A DNA stretch of 64,000 nucleotides from a phage. The notes under the pieces are model-generated. The model searched no databases and was not told the DNA's origin. It worked only from the letters and a program-made list of their open reading frames with translations. The translations under genes were made by a program, and so were the position numbers. This document shows positions 25,256-35,095 of this stretch, piece after piece. The stretch lies in the sequence record PZ476263.1. One strand, given 5' to 3'. Position 1 is the stretch's first letter, and each line of letters begins with the position of its first letter.

Positions 25256-25999
25256 TTAACGACCTCCAAGATCTCGTTCACGAGCTTTAACAACTGCCTT
25301 ACAGAATCCACCACGAACAATCTCATCACTTGTGGTTTCAACGAAATCTGCAAAATCAAACAGATTGTGTCGGTCGATAAATTCAATCGCCCATTCCAAC
25401 CCTGTCTCCCGATTACGCATATCATTCTGAGAAATATCGCCCAAACAAACCAGTTTTGAACCTTCTGCAAGTCGAGTCATGATCGTGTATGCTGTATCTT
25501 CATCGGTGTTTTGGAATTCATCAATGATAACAACCGCATTTTCAAAAGAACGACCACGAATATACTCCAAAGGCACAAACTCAATGTTACCACAACCAAC
25601 CTGAGTCTCAAAGAATCCATGACCATATCGTTGTTGGATAACTTGAATCATAGGCTGAAGATAAGGTTCGAATTTTTCTCGAACTGTACCAGGCAGCAAA
25701 CCTAAGCTATTCCCCATTCCCAATGTAGGGCGAGAAAGAACGATCTTGTCAATCTTGCCCTGCTTTAACCAATCAATAACGGTACTCATAATAATAAACG
25801 TCTTACCTGTACCAGCCGGAGCATTCACGAACACTGCATCCTTAGTATTTACAAGAGATAACAGTTTTTCTTGAAAGCGGTTTTTCGGTCGGACTGGTTT
25901 TTTCAACTCTTCAAAAGCTTTCGGTGCTACTTGACGGCCTTTTACTCGTTTCTCTTCACGGCGTTCCTGACGAGATTTACGGTTTGTATGACGTTGCAT
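25256..25999 (-). CDS. phoH: PhoH-like ATPase
   Basis: Walker A NAPAGTGKTF and Walker B VVIIDEFQN. Confidence 0.85.
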   Translation of the reverse strand: MQRHTNRKSRQERREEKRVKGRQVAPKAFEELKKPVRPKNRFQEKLLSLVNTKDAVFVNAPAGTGKTFIIMSTVIDWLKQGKIDKIVLSRPTLGMGNSLGLLPGTVREKFEPYLQPMIQVIQQRYGHGFFETQVGCGNIEFVPLEYIRGRSFENAVVIIDEFQNTDEDTAYTIMTRLAEGSKLVCLGDISQNDMRNRETGLEWAIEFIDRHNLFDFADFVETTSDEIVRGGFCKAVVKARERDLGGR

Positions 26000-26017
26000 A
26001 ATAAGTACCTCTCTAGG

Positions 26018-26404
26018 TTAAGGATAAGTTTTTGAAGGGAGTTGGAAATGTGGACCATCTTTAAAAGATTTCCAGTCACCACCCCATTCGATCTGTATAT
26101 TCAACTCCTTTGCTGCATTCTTCATTGCTTCTGCCACTGGGTAGTAATATTTCCAATCCCAAGTAACAGAGCCGTTAACCAAAGGCCACAGGTCAACTGC
26201 GTGTCCGGTAAGATGACGACTGTTCATCGTTTTACTCTTCCCTTCCGCTACATATTTACGCTGTGTTTCTATTGTACGTAATCCTTCCCCCACTGTAAAG
26301 TCAATTTCGCTTTTTTCTATCGCCAATTTGACAACTTTAACGAGGTCAGGATGAACGCCCTTAAGGCGTTCAAGACTGCGTGTACCTAATTTAAATCCCA
26401 TCAA
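26018..26404 (-). CDS. Endolysin, M15-family (VanY / L-alanyl-D-glutamate peptidase-like)
   Basis: SRHLTGHAVDL...GGDW...DGPHFQL zinc-peptidase motifs, resembling the T5-type endolysin. Confidence 0.75.
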   Translation of the reverse strand: MMGFKLGTRSLERLKGVHPDLVKVVKLAIEKSEIDFTVGEGLRTIETQRKYVAEGKSKTMNSRHLTGHAVDLWPLVNGSVTWDWKYYYPVAEAMKNAAKELNIQIEWGGDWKSFKDGPHFQLPSKTYP

Positions 26405-26409
26405 ATCTC

Positions 26410-26820
26410 CTAGTGAGTTACTTTAGTTTTTACAAATCCAAGGTTCAAATTATCTTGGATCTCTTGAAGCCCAACTGCCATTTTCAGTTGAACTTCATTG
26501 ATCGCTGCCATATAGTCCAGTTCATCAGAGAATCGTTGAAGATGCTCTGTGGATAAAGAATCCATATTTTCAGCGATACAATTCTGCATTTCTTTTTCAT
26601 ATTCTTCTGAAGTCAAAGTTTCAACCACACGACTTTGGAATTTGATCTTTTCCATATCTTCTTCAGTCTTATCTTCAATGCCCTTCAGGAAGTCGAGGGT
26701 CATCACCGCAATCTCAATATTCGGAGCAGTAGCTTGTTCTGTTACTGCACGGGCGATCTTGTGGAGAAGTTTTTCACGTACAGTCAGTTCGGATTCGATT
26801 TTTGCATTTACATCAGTCAT
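26410..26820 (-). CDS. Hypothetical acidic protein (136 aa)
   Basis: Intact co-oriented ORF. Confidence 0.6.
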   Translation of the reverse strand: MTDVNAKIESELTVREKLLHKIARAVTEQATAPNIEIAVMTLDFLKGIEDKTEEDMEKIKFQSRVVETLTSEEYEKEMQNCIAENMDSLSTEHLQRFSDELDYMAAINEVQLKMAVGLQEIQDNLNLGFVKTKVTH

Positions 26821-27110
26821 TATAAGTCTCCCAGGTCATCTTCAGTGAAATCAACGTTTACATTACTTGGCAAATTCAAAGCTACCAACTCAGTATAGCC
26901 ACCCACATACTTATTGTCAATAATAATTTGAGGTACAGTACGAGGCGGAAACTTAGTATGTTCCGTAACTTCAACAACCATACGTTCCAAGTTCTTAGGG
27001 TTTGCCGCAACATCAATATATTCAAAATCGTAAGCCTTGTTATGTAACAGTTCTTTAGCACGATCACAATATGGGCAGTTAGGCTTTCCAAAAACTACAA
27101 TACTCATCAC
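26820..27110 (-). CDS. Glutaredoxin-like redoxin
   Basis: FGKPNCPYCDRAKELL active site. Sits beside nrdB and nrdA. Confidence 0.8.
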   Translation of the reverse strand: MMSIVVFGKPNCPYCDRAKELLHNKAYDFEYIDVAANPKNLERMVVEVTEHTKFPPRTVPQIIIDNKYVGGYTELVALNLPSNVNVDFTEDDLGDL

Positions 27111-27137
27111 TCAATCTCCTTTAATACACTGATGTTA

Positions 27138-27344
27138 TTATTTCACTTGCTTAAATGTCGCAAGAACTTCTGAATCCAGATCGTAATAATCTTTTCGAAC
27201 TTTCAAGTCTTCATTGAGTGCCCAAGGAATGTCTGTACCCTCTTCATGAACATATTCATAACCCGTAGAACTTTTATAAATTTTTCCAGGTACAAAAACG
27301 AAATCTTTGTTTGCAGTTACACACTCTACATTAATATCTAACAT
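27138..27344 (-). CDS. Hypothetical protein (68 aa)
   Basis: RBS AAGGAG. Confidence 0.55.
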   Translation of the reverse strand: MLDINVECVTANKDFVFVPGKIYKSSTGYEYVHEEGTDIPWALNEDLKVRKDYYDLDSEVLATFKQVK

Positions 27345-27362
27345 TATTCAACTCCTTAAGTA

Positions 27363-27380
27363 AAGGGCCTTACGGCCCTT
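27363..27380 (-). terminator. Hairpin agggcc-N4-ggccct after nrdB
   Basis: 6-7 bp GC stem with a weak T-run. Confidence 0.45.
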
Positions 27381-27391
27381 ATTGATTCTAA

Positions 27392-28489
27392 TCACAGTTC
27401 CATATCAAAGTCGTTTGCACTTACGGATGCATCAACCTGTCCTGACAGATATTGACCATTCTCCAGTTCCTGTGGTGTAACCTGAACATTTTTAGTGTTC
27501 AGATGGCTATTCGTCCAAGGGATCGGGTTTTTCAGTGGTTTGTCTGAGAAACTGCTCAATCCAGCTGCTCGCATACGTTCATCTGCCATATAATCAACAT
27601 ATTGCCACAGAATTTCTTTATTCAGACCAACCATAGACCCGTCTTTAAAGAGGTACTCTGCCCAATCACGCTCTTGTTGACGTGCCTGTAAGAATAAATC
27701 TTCTGCTTCTTCTTTGGAATCTTCGGCTACACGCGCCATAAGATCACCTTCCCCGCCATTCTGCATTTCTTTCAGGATATACTGCGTCCCTGACATATGA
27801 AGAGCTTCATCACGGGCGATCAGTTCGATGATGTTTGTATTGCCTGTCATCAAAGAACGCTCACCGAATGCAAAAGAACAGGCGAAGCTAACATAAAAAC
27901 GAATCGCTTCCAATGCGTTAATGCTGTGCATACAAAGATAAAGCGCTCGTGCGTGAGTATATTCGCAAACTGGCAGACCTAATGCATATCGGCAGTTAAT
28001 CTCAAATAACTCATCATACAACTTCGTTACTGCCTCTGCTCGCTGGAGAATCTCCGGCGTTTTCATAATATCATCAAGAATCGCAGAAGGATCACTAAAT
28101 ACATTTCGAATAATGTGTGTATAGGATCGACTATGGATTGTCTCACTGAAACCCCAAGTCTCGATCCATGTTTCCAAAGCTGGATCAGATACAATTGGGA
28201 GTAATACAGCGTTCGGACCACGCCCCTGAACGGAGTCCAACAACGTTTGGTATTTAAGGTTGCTAATAAAAATGTGTTTTTCATGATCAGGAAGTCCCAT
28301 AAAGTCAATACGGTCACGAGAAACATCGATTTCTTCTGGTCGCCAGAAAAACGCCAATTGTTTTTCAGTCAACTTTTCAAATTTACGATGCTTTTGTTTA
28401 TCATAACGAGAAACGTTAACACTCTCACCAAAGAACATAGGTTGTTTCATAAAATCAAACTGGTTTTTATTAAAAGTCGTGTAACTCAC
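27392..28489 (-). CDS. nrdB: Class Ia ribonucleotide reductase beta subunit
   Basis: Di-iron and tyrosyl ferritin-like motifs ([19 protein letters not shown]). 365 aa. Confidence 0.9.
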   Translation of the reverse strand: MSYTTFNKNQFDFMKQPMFFGESVNVSRYDKQKHRKFEKLTEKQLAFFWRPEEIDVSRDRIDFMGLPDHEKHIFISNLKYQTLLDSVQGRGPNAVLLPIVSDPALETWIETWGFSETIHSRSYTHIIRNVFSDPSAILDDIMKTPEILQRAEAVTKLYDELFEINCRYALGLPVCEYTHARALYLCMHSINALEAIRFYVSFACSFAFGERSLMTGNTNIIELIARDEALHMSGTQYILKEMQNGGEGDLMARVAEDSKEEAEDLFLQARQQERDWAEYLFKDGSMVGLNKEILWQYVDYMADERMRAAGLSSFSDKPLKNPIPWTNSHLNTKNVQVTPQELENGQYLSGQVDASVSANDFDMEL

Positions 28490-28548
28490 TATTCTCTCCT
28501 CTCTTCTCTTTCATTATGTGAATCATTATACAGATTATTTTAAAAGAA

Positions 28549-28890
28549 TCAATAATTATTTCTCAAAATTTGAATTCTTTTTGAAGCGAAAAACTCTTTA
28601 GCTCCCATAAACTTTTCAGCAGCTGAAGGATTGCTTGTATGAACAAACAGAAGCGTATCGTACAGTATTGGCTTTCCAAATGCAAGTTTTTCTTCCAAGT
28701 ATTCGAAACAACGATAACCTTCTAAAGAGTCTTCTCCGAGATCGTTATCAAAATGCCATTCTTTCACGTATCGATACATCTTATCTTTTCTGTCCATAAA
28801 CTTAAAAAATTCGTCAGAGTTTTTTAGCCAGACTGCATCTTCTTGATCATAATCTTTAGGATCTCTTAAATCATCAAGCCAAATTTTCAT
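28549..28890 (-). CDS. Receiver-like small protein (113 aa), possibly of the cREC (cyclic-phosphate processing receiver) type
   Basis: MKIWLDDLRDP...HFDNDLGEDSLEGY...VHTSNPSAAEKF. ATG at 28890 with a GGAGGA RBS. The family assignment is from memory only. Confidence 0.35.
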   Translation of the reverse strand: MKIWLDDLRDPKDYDQEDAVWLKNSDEFFKFMDRKDKMYRYVKEWHFDNDLGEDSLEGYRCFEYLEEKLAFGKPILYDTLLFVHTSNPSAAEKFMGAKEFFASKRIQILRNNY

Positions 28891-28915
28891 ATGTCCTCCT
28901 GTTTTTGATAAGTAC

Positions 28916-28944
28916 ACTATACCAGTATATTAAAATTACGTCAA
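28916..28944 (-). promoter_or_regulatory. Sigma70-type promoter TTGACG-N17-TATAGT
   Basis: -35 at 28939-28944 and -10 at 28916-28921 on the minus strand. Confidence 0.6.
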
Positions 28945-28945
28945 C

Positions 28946-28968
28946 AAAAAACCGCCCCGAAGGGCGGT
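28946..28968 (-). terminator. Rho-independent terminator accgccc-cgaa-gggcggt
   Basis: The same 18-mer occurs at 35100-35117. Flanked by A5 and T runs. Confidence 0.75.
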
Positions 28969-28974
28969 TTATTT

Positions 28975-29166
28975 TTAATTATATTTTAATAGTATTCTCA
29001 ACATATCCTTGGCGATTGTCTTATTGTCTCGACAACCTGCAAGATTGTTTCTTATTGCAGCTGAGTAAACTTCTCCAGCCGAACCAGGGAACTTTTTACC
29101 AAAAACCTTTGCTGATTTTTCAAATTGCCAACGATGTAAAATAAACCACTTGATAGTTAATAGCAT
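28975..29166 (-). CDS. Hypothetical basic protein (63 aa)
   Basis: RBS AAGGAG. Lies between nrdA and the terminator. Confidence 0.5.
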   Translation of the reverse strand: MLLTIKWFILHRWQFEKSAKVFGKKFPGSAGEVYSAAIRNNLAGCRDNKTIAKDMLRILLKYN

Positions 29167-29211
29167 TCACTCTCCTTAAAAGCTCCCTAAAAAGGGGGCC
29201 TGTTTTACCAA

Positions 29212-31470
29212 TCACAACTTGCAAGCACCTGACTCACAACCTTCGTCTTCTTCATCTTCACCATCACGAGTTTCCTGATAGTAAACAGTCTTGATTCCGA
29301 ATTTATAAGCATACATCAGGTCACGCAGAACAACCTTAATCGGTAATTTACCGTCTGGGAAATCCCAAGGTTTGTAGAACGTGTTCGTAGAGATCGATTG
29401 GTCAATAAATTTCTGAATGATTGCCATCAAATTAAGATAAGCAGTCGGACCATTCATTTCCCATTTATACTCATAAACTACGCCTTCTTCACCCAACCCA
29501 GGAACCAGTGTTGGCAACATACCCGCCGGAGACTTTTTGTAAGTTACCGGACCACGAGGAGGTTCGATACCGTTCGTCGAGTTAGTGATCTGACTTGAAG
29601 TCTCACAAGGCATCATTGTAGACAGTGTGGAGTTACGAAGACCGTGCAATGCAATGTCTAAACGTAAAGCTTCCCAATCCTGTTTCAATTCTGCCGTATG
29701 CAGCTGATCAACTTCCTTCTTGTAACGGTCGATTGGTAAAATGCCTTTCGAATACGTCGTCTGATCAAACCATTCACAAGCCCCACGTTCTTTCGCCAGC
29801 TGGACAGATGCTTTAAGCAGATAATACTGGAAAGCTTCTGCCAATTCATGGACTGCATTCGCTGCTTCTTTAGAACTGTATTTTAAACCACGCTTAGCCA
29901 AGTAGTAGGCCAAGTTAGTCCAACCAACACCTAATGTACGACGAAGCTTAGTTTTCTCTGCTGCCAGTACCGGATAGTTCTGATAGTCAAGAAGGTTATC
30001 AAGAGCACGGACTGTAACCATGATCGGTGCTTCGAGGTCTTCTAACTTCTCAATTTTACCTAAGTTGATTGCAGAAAGTGTACATAGTGCAACTTCGCCA
30101 TCGTCTTTCGGATCCTTAATGTTGTTGATCGGGTGAGTAGGTAACGCGATCTCCATACACAGGTTAGACTGCTTAATTGGTGCAACAGAAGAAATAAACG
30201 GACTGTTCGTATTACAATGGTCTACGTTTTGAATGTAGATTCGACCAGTCTGACTACGCTCCTGAGCCAATCGGCTAAATGCATCAACCGCTTCCAGTTC
30301 TTTACGTGGAACCTTAGGATCCGATTCAAGTTTTTCGTACAGCTCTGCAAATTTATCCTGATCTTCGAAGAAGAATTTATACAGGTCACCATTCGCTACG
30401 TTCGGGTGGAAGAAACTAATTTTTCCACCTTTCTGAAGACGAGTATACAGGAACTTGTTAATCTGTACACCATAATCAACATGTCGAGCACGGGTACTTT
30501 CTGTTCCTCGGTTATTCTTCATAACGATCAGGTTTTCAAAGTCCCAATGCCACATCGGATAGAAGTAGTTAGCCGAAGCTTTACGAAGACCACCTTGAGA
30601 TGCCCAACCTAAAGATTCTTGATACATTCGAACAATCCCGACTGTACCTGCATGTTTCACTTCACCACCACGAATCGGAGCGTCCTGACCACGAATAGCA
30701 CCAAAGTTCAGACCAATCCCCGCACGTTGAGCTGCATACTTACCTTGCGCTTCAACGGCTGCAAAGATTTGGTTAATATCGTCACCAGACTCGATCAGTA
30801 CGCAAGAACTGAACTGACGAGTTGGAGTACGAACACCGCCCATAATCGGAGTTGGCAACGAAACCTTCATCTGAGACACAGAGTTATAAAGATCTGCAAT
30901 TCGCTCCAGTCGTACAGATTTGTTTTCTTTACTCATCAGACCCATAGCAATCAACATAAGCGCCGTCTGAGGAGATTCATAAATTTCACCAGTTACACGA
31001 TCCTTAACCAGATATTTATCTTCATACTGACGCATAGCTGCATAAGTATAATCATAATCACGATCATGATCGATAACAGTATCTAAAAATTCAATCTCTT
31101 CTTTCGTATAATCACGAATAAGATGCTCGTCATATTTACCTTTTGCAACCGTAGTCAACAAATGTTGATACAGAGGCGTTGGTTCAAATCCACCGTATGC
31201 CATTTTACGCAGTTTAAACAAAAGCAGTCGAGCCGCTGGATACTGGTAATTTGGATTTTGAATACTAATTAAGTCCGCAGCAGATTTGATCAAAGTATCG
31301 TGAATCGAATCTGTTTCAACACCATCATACATCTGGATCTGAGCTTTCATCAAAATGTCAGAAGGACTTACATCATTAACACCTTCACAAGACCAAAATA
31401 CTACACGGTTAATTTTTTCAGCGTCAAATTTCTCTACAGTGCCATTACGTTTGCGAACATTGATACTCAA
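29212..31470 (-). CDS. nrdA: Class Ia ribonucleotide reductase alpha subunit
   Basis: ATP-cone N-terminus (RKRNGTVEKFDAEKINRV). C-terminal CESGACKL. 752 aa. Confidence 0.95.
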   Translation of the reverse strand: MSINVRKRNGTVEKFDAEKINRVVFWSCEGVNDVSPSDILMKAQIQMYDGVETDSIHDTLIKSAADLISIQNPNYQYPAARLLLFKLRKMAYGGFEPTPLYQHLLTTVAKGKYDEHLIRDYTKEEIEFLDTVIDHDRDYDYTYAAMRQYEDKYLVKDRVTGEIYESPQTALMLIAMGLMSKENKSVRLERIADLYNSVSQMKVSLPTPIMGGVRTPTRQFSSCVLIESGDDINQIFAAVEAQGKYAAQRAGIGLNFGAIRGQDAPIRGGEVKHAGTVGIVRMYQESLGWASQGGLRKASANYFYPMWHWDFENLIVMKNNRGTESTRARHVDYGVQINKFLYTRLQKGGKISFFHPNVANGDLYKFFFEDQDKFAELYEKLESDPKVPRKELEAVDAFSRLAQERSQTGRIYIQNVDHCNTNSPFISSVAPIKQSNLCMEIALPTHPINNIKDPKDDGEVALCTLSAINLGKIEKLEDLEAPIMVTVRALDNLLDYQNYPVLAAEKTKLRRTLGVGWTNLAYYLAKRGLKYSSKEAANAVHELAEAFQYYLLKASVQLAKERGACEWFDQTTYSKGILPIDRYKKEVDQLHTAELKQDWEALRLDIALHGLRNSTLSTMMPCETSSQITNSTNGIEPPRGPVTYKKSPAGMLPTLVPGLGEEGVVYEYKWEMNGPTAYLNLMAIIQKFIDQSISTNTFYKPWDFPDGKLPIKVVLRDLMYAYKFGIKTVYYQETRDGEDEEDEGCESGACKL

Positions 31471-31482
31471 CTTTATTTCTCC

Positions 31483-31731
31483 TTATTTAGATTCAGCTTT
31501 AGATGCAGTCTTAGTGTTAGCTACTTCATATTTTTCTACGTTTTCAAGAGTAGGCTCACCAAGTCGTACTGTTAGTCCTGTGTACTGGTCATGATAAGTG
31601 TCGTCATAACCAAAAGAGTCGTCTACAAGGTCATTAAATTGTAACCAACCCAGATATTCATGCTTACTTGCGAAACCACGTTGAAACCATTTTGTATTTT
31701 CATCAGGAACGTTAACTTTACCTTTTGCCAT
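31483..31731 (-). CDS. Hypothetical protein (82 aa)
   Basis: Intact co-oriented ORF. Confidence 0.55.
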   Translation of the reverse strand: MAKGKVNVPDENTKWFQRGFASKHEYLGWLQFNDLVDDSFGYDDTYHDQYTGLTVRLGEPTLENVEKYEVANTKTASKAESK

Positions 31732-31743
31732 TTATTATTCCCC

Positions 31744-32220
31744 TTATTTAGTCAGACTTTCGATATTGAATTCAGGAAGATCCATAACAATTGTTTCAGA
31801 GCGATCTTCTTTTCGTGTATACTTACGGGTATTTACTTTTTCTACCACTGGGATATCGAAATCCAAGGAGTTAACAAAAGCTGTTCCGATTGAAGAACTC
31901 ACATCCAGAATATCCATCTTTTCATAAATATCAACTAACGGGAATTCAGATTTGTCACGAAGACGGCCCGAAAACACCGTTGTCTCTCGACACATGTAAG
32001 GTTTATCAATACAACGAACATTTACACGATTAATTCGGTCAATCTGACAAGGCTTATATTCTCCAGTTTCTTCATTAAGAATAGATACTTGGAATCCGAT
32101 TAGGTGAAGAACTTTACGAAGCGTTTTATCATCCTTTGGATCAAACTTCATGATTTTTGCACATTCCAGAATGAAATCCAGAGTTACTGCACCGTATTTA
32201 ACTTCTTTCTTAAAACCCAT
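31744..32220 (-). CDS. Hypothetical protein (158 aa)
   Basis: Intact co-oriented ORF. Confidence 0.6.
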   Translation of the reverse strand: MGFKKEVKYGAVTLDFILECAKIMKFDPKDDKTLRKVLHLIGFQVSILNEETGEYKPCQIDRINRVNVRCIDKPYMCRETTVFSGRLRDKSEFPLVDIYEKMDILDVSSSIGTAFVNSLDFDIPVVEKVNTRKYTRKEDRSETIVMDLPEFNIESLTK

Positions 32221-32307
32221 AATTTTCTCCTCGACAACTCTTTAAAAGAGGGAGCTAATTGCTCCCATTCCTCGTATAATATAAAATTAACTAACCAATG
32301 TCAAACA

Positions 32308-33345
32308 TTATTTTGCAACATTTCCAGGAATTAGTTGTCGATGCTGGACAAAACCTTTCAAGTTACCACTCCAGAAATTACCATCACGATCTACATGGGT
32401 AATTCCTTCTTCCCAACTGGCAGGATCCCAAGCCACATTCACCATTGGAACATTAGGGATAAAATCTTCCTCTGTTTCAGCGATCTCTTTAGCTTGGTGT
32501 TCAAAAGGAGACGCGTGTACCTTTTTACCACCCACAAGTCGAGAATAAATATCTAAAGCTTTATCTTTTGTACTGTCAAGTCGGCGATAACTTACCTGAC
32601 CGCAGCAAGAAGAGGAAATTCGTAAAGCCTCTTCTTCACTAAGCATAACGGGCTTGCCATCCTCATCCTCTACATAATAACCAGAGAATACGAAACAGTC
32701 ATCACCACACAATCCAATATTTTCGTAAGCATGTTCAACATATGGAGTATGCCAAACACCCTTTTCCAATTTTTCTGGATGAGAAGCATCATACGCTTCT
32801 TTCATTTTCTTTGCAAGAACTTCGATTGTTGGATCTGCATCTGCATCTACACGCAACCAGAAGAAATTTTCAAACTCTGTTGCTGTAACTACCGTCTTCA
32901 TCATTTGAAAAGGTTCGATCAGTCGGTTAGCAATTTGCTTATGATATCCTGCCGTTTCAAATCGTTCAGCCCATTCCGATGCAGACTCTGCCGCTTTAAC
33001 CCAAGCTTCTCGGCCTGTACAGAAAAGATTGTGAGCCAGACCATCTTCACCATCAACCCAATCATACCAAACTTTACCGTCGTGTTCCACACCATGATCT
33101 TGCATACCTGGTTTGTTAGCCCCAAATCGAACAGGCATTGCTGTGTTATTACGAACAAGCTCAATCATCTTCTTGATCGGAACTGCACGAGAAGACATTG
33201 CGTTTCGACTAAACAGTCGATGGGTCATCAACTCAGAATGAATAAAACGAGGATACGTCAATTCAAAAGTTGTGATTCGAGAATTTGTTACCGTACCAAT
33301 AGAGTCTGCAATAATTTTAACTTCAATTTGATTCAGCTTGTCCAC
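32308..33345 (-). CDS. thyX: FAD-dependent thymidylate synthase
   Basis: ThyX signature THRLFSRNAMSSRA (RHRxxSxxxxSxR type). Confidence 0.85.
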   Translation of the reverse strand: MDKLNQIEVKIIADSIGTVTNSRITTFELTYPRFIHSELMTHRLFSRNAMSSRAVPIKKMIELVRNNTAMPVRFGANKPGMQDHGVEHDGKVWYDWVDGEDGLAHNLFCTGREAWVKAAESASEWAERFETAGYHKQIANRLIEPFQMMKTVVTATEFENFFWLRVDADADPTIEVLAKKMKEAYDASHPEKLEKGVWHTPYVEHAYENIGLCGDDCFVFSGYYVEDEDGKPVMLSEEEALRISSSCCGQVSYRRLDSTKDKALDIYSRLVGGKKVHASPFEHQAKEIAETEEDFIPNVPMVNVAWDPASWEEGITHVDRDGNFWSGNLKGFVQHRQLIPGNVAK

Positions 33346-33348
33346 TTA

Positions 33349-33576
33349 TTACTCCTTATTCTTTTCTTTAAGTACATTCAAATTATATGGTAGATAGCCT
33401 TCTAATTCTAACCAATCACCTTTTTCATTAATATATTCTAAAGATTCAATCTTGTCACCCTTTTTCTTTAGAACATTTAAAACTTGATCAACATCAAGAG
33501 AGTTATCGGAAAGCTGAAGTTTATCATCAACATACATACCTTCCCAATCATACCCTCGGAATATTACAATTTTCAT
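33349..33576 (-). CDS. Hypothetical protein (75 aa)
   Basis: Intact co-oriented ORF. Confidence 0.55.
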   Translation of the reverse strand: MKIVIFRGYDWEGMYVDDKLQLSDNSLDVDQVLNVLKKKGDKIESLEYINEKGDWLELEGYLPYNLNVLKEKNKE

Positions 33577-33758
33577 TTTAATCTCCGTATCTTATAATCA
33601 ACTGTCACATTATGCATGACTTTAAGGTACATGTCAAACACTTCTTTGCACATATCACTTCTTACCCTGAAGGAAGCAAGAATGCTTCCATTTTCAGATG
33701 ATAAGATCTCTACATACTCTCCGTACTTAACAATCCATCTTCCCTTTCCACACTTCAT
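33573..33758 (-). CDS. Hypothetical protein (61 aa)
   Basis: 4-nt overlaps at both ends. Confidence 0.5.
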   Translation of the reverse strand: MKCGKGRWIVKYGEYVEILSSENGSILASFRVRSDMCKEVFDMYLKVMHNVTVDYKIRRLK

Positions 33759-34372
33759 TGCCCCTTCCCTAAAATAAAGTCACGAATACGAAGCCAACAC
33801 ATGGTTTCCAAGTCATATTGGCAACGAGGCTCTTCTTTCTGTGTAAAAGGAGTATCGTATTTAATCTTAACAACATGATCACCAAATTGATTCAAGAATT
33901 CATTACGGTCATCGATAATGTAAGAACCTGCAACACCCGCCTTATATTTAGTAGCATAAAAACCACAACCGTCTGTTCCGCCATCAAGGTCCAACAACGG
34001 GAAATGACGTTTTAAGAAACGTACCTTACTGGAGAAGTGACCCTTCTTGCAATAAGAGACGAATCGAATCGGATGACCAGCATTATACAGATCCGTAATC
34101 GCTTGTACAGCATTTTCTATAGGCAGCATCTTATCATATAAGAAAGGATCTTCCCAATAATCATACGGCTGAATCATCTTCTTACATCGGTCAGGGAAAT
34201 AAACAGAAAGGTTATAATCAAAGTACCCCTTCTCTTCAAGATCCTTGTTCATCATCTCAGCATTTGGTTCGGTTCCATAAACCTCCGTCATCCACTTCAT
34301 CCAAGGCCAGCCAGACTCTACGATAGTAAGATCAACATCAATGATGATCGCTGGTTTATTCATAATCGGCAT
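33755..34372 (-). CDS. HAD-superfamily phosphatase, probable 5'(3')-deoxyribonucleotidase
   Basis: DxDxT motif IIIDVDLTIV. Adjacent to the dNMP kinase and thyX. Confidence 0.6.
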   Translation of the reverse strand: MPIMNKPAIIIDVDLTIVESGWPWMKWMTEVYGTEPNAEMMNKDLEEKGYFDYNLSVYFPDRCKKMIQPYDYWEDPFLYDKMLPIENAVQAITDLYNAGHPIRFVSYCKKGHFSSKVRFLKRHFPLLDLDGGTDGCGFYATKYKAGVAGSYIIDDRNEFLNQFGDHVVKIKYDTPFTQKEEPRCQYDLETMCWLRIRDFILGKGQ

Positions 34373-34373
34373 A

Positions 34374-35003
34374 TTATTCCCCTTTGCTGGTCAGTTTAAT
34401 AATTTTACGTGCAGTTCCGCTAAGATCACCATTCACATTTTCAACTTCGAAGTAATTAAACTTCAGAGATGGGTCAAAATCTTCAGGAGAAAGATATCGA
34501 CGGGAATCCCCATCAAAATTCAGATACTCACCAGTCTCTTGATTTTTACGCGTTAGTTTGATCAAGTTAAAATTCCCTTTTGCAGCATTAATAACAGGAA
34601 CCGCTTCATCGGGGAAACCACCATCCGAAATAACAAAAGTAACATTGTAATCCGGCAAAGATTGTTCGATATCTACTAATTTTTTAGATAATGCGTCACC
34701 AAAAACAGATTCACCGAAGACTGGTTTTACTACATCTTCCGAAATGTGGATCAACCAGTTTCGTGCGGAAACTTGTTTACCTGCAACAATAAAATACGGC
34801 TGTGGAACTTCTTTATAATCACGATGATAAAGAGCATTCCAAAGTTCACGATTAATACCTGCTGTACGAATTGCGATATCGAACAACATCTCTTTAAATT
34901 CTACATGAATTCCAATTTCCTTCCCATGGAGATTCAAACAGATTTCTTCTGCTAATGCATCTTTACCAGACATTGCAGGACCGTTCAGATTGATAACTTT
35001 CAT
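34374..35003 (-). CDS. Deoxynucleoside monophosphate kinase-like P-loop protein
   Basis: MKVINLNGPAMSGKDALAEE resembles the T4 gp1 / T5 dNMP kinase N-terminus. Confidence 0.6.
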   Translation of the reverse strand: MKVINLNGPAMSGKDALAEEICLNLHGKEIGIHVEFKEMLFDIAIRTAGINRELWNALYHRDYKEVPQPYFIVAGKQVSARNWLIHISEDVVKPVFGESVFGDALSKKLVDIEQSLPDYNVTFVISDGGFPDEAVPVINAAKGNFNLIKLTRKNQETGEYLNFDGDSRRYLSPEDFDPSLKFNYFEVENVNGDLSGTARKIIKLTSKGE

Positions 35004-35037
35004 TTCTTCTCTCCTCTCTGTTGTTTAGATAAGACGT

Positions 35038-35066
35038 ATACTACTCACTTTTAATCTTTAAGTCAA
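35038..35066 (-). promoter_or_regulatory. Sigma70-type promoter TTGACT-N17-TAGTAT
   Basis: -35 at 35061-35066 and -10 at 35038-35043 on the minus strand. Confidence 0.5.
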
Positions 35067-35095
35067 TATACTTTATTAAATATTTTCACTTAAAG

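Noticed and set aside
32731-33393. 220-aa plus-strand ORF opposite thyX. Similar long antisense ORFs lie at 43396..44043, 30217..30612, 30619..31086 and 59099..59602.
   Set aside because: Each is antisense to a gene with unmistakable enzymatic or structural signatures. Their translations are low-complexity and lack RBSs.
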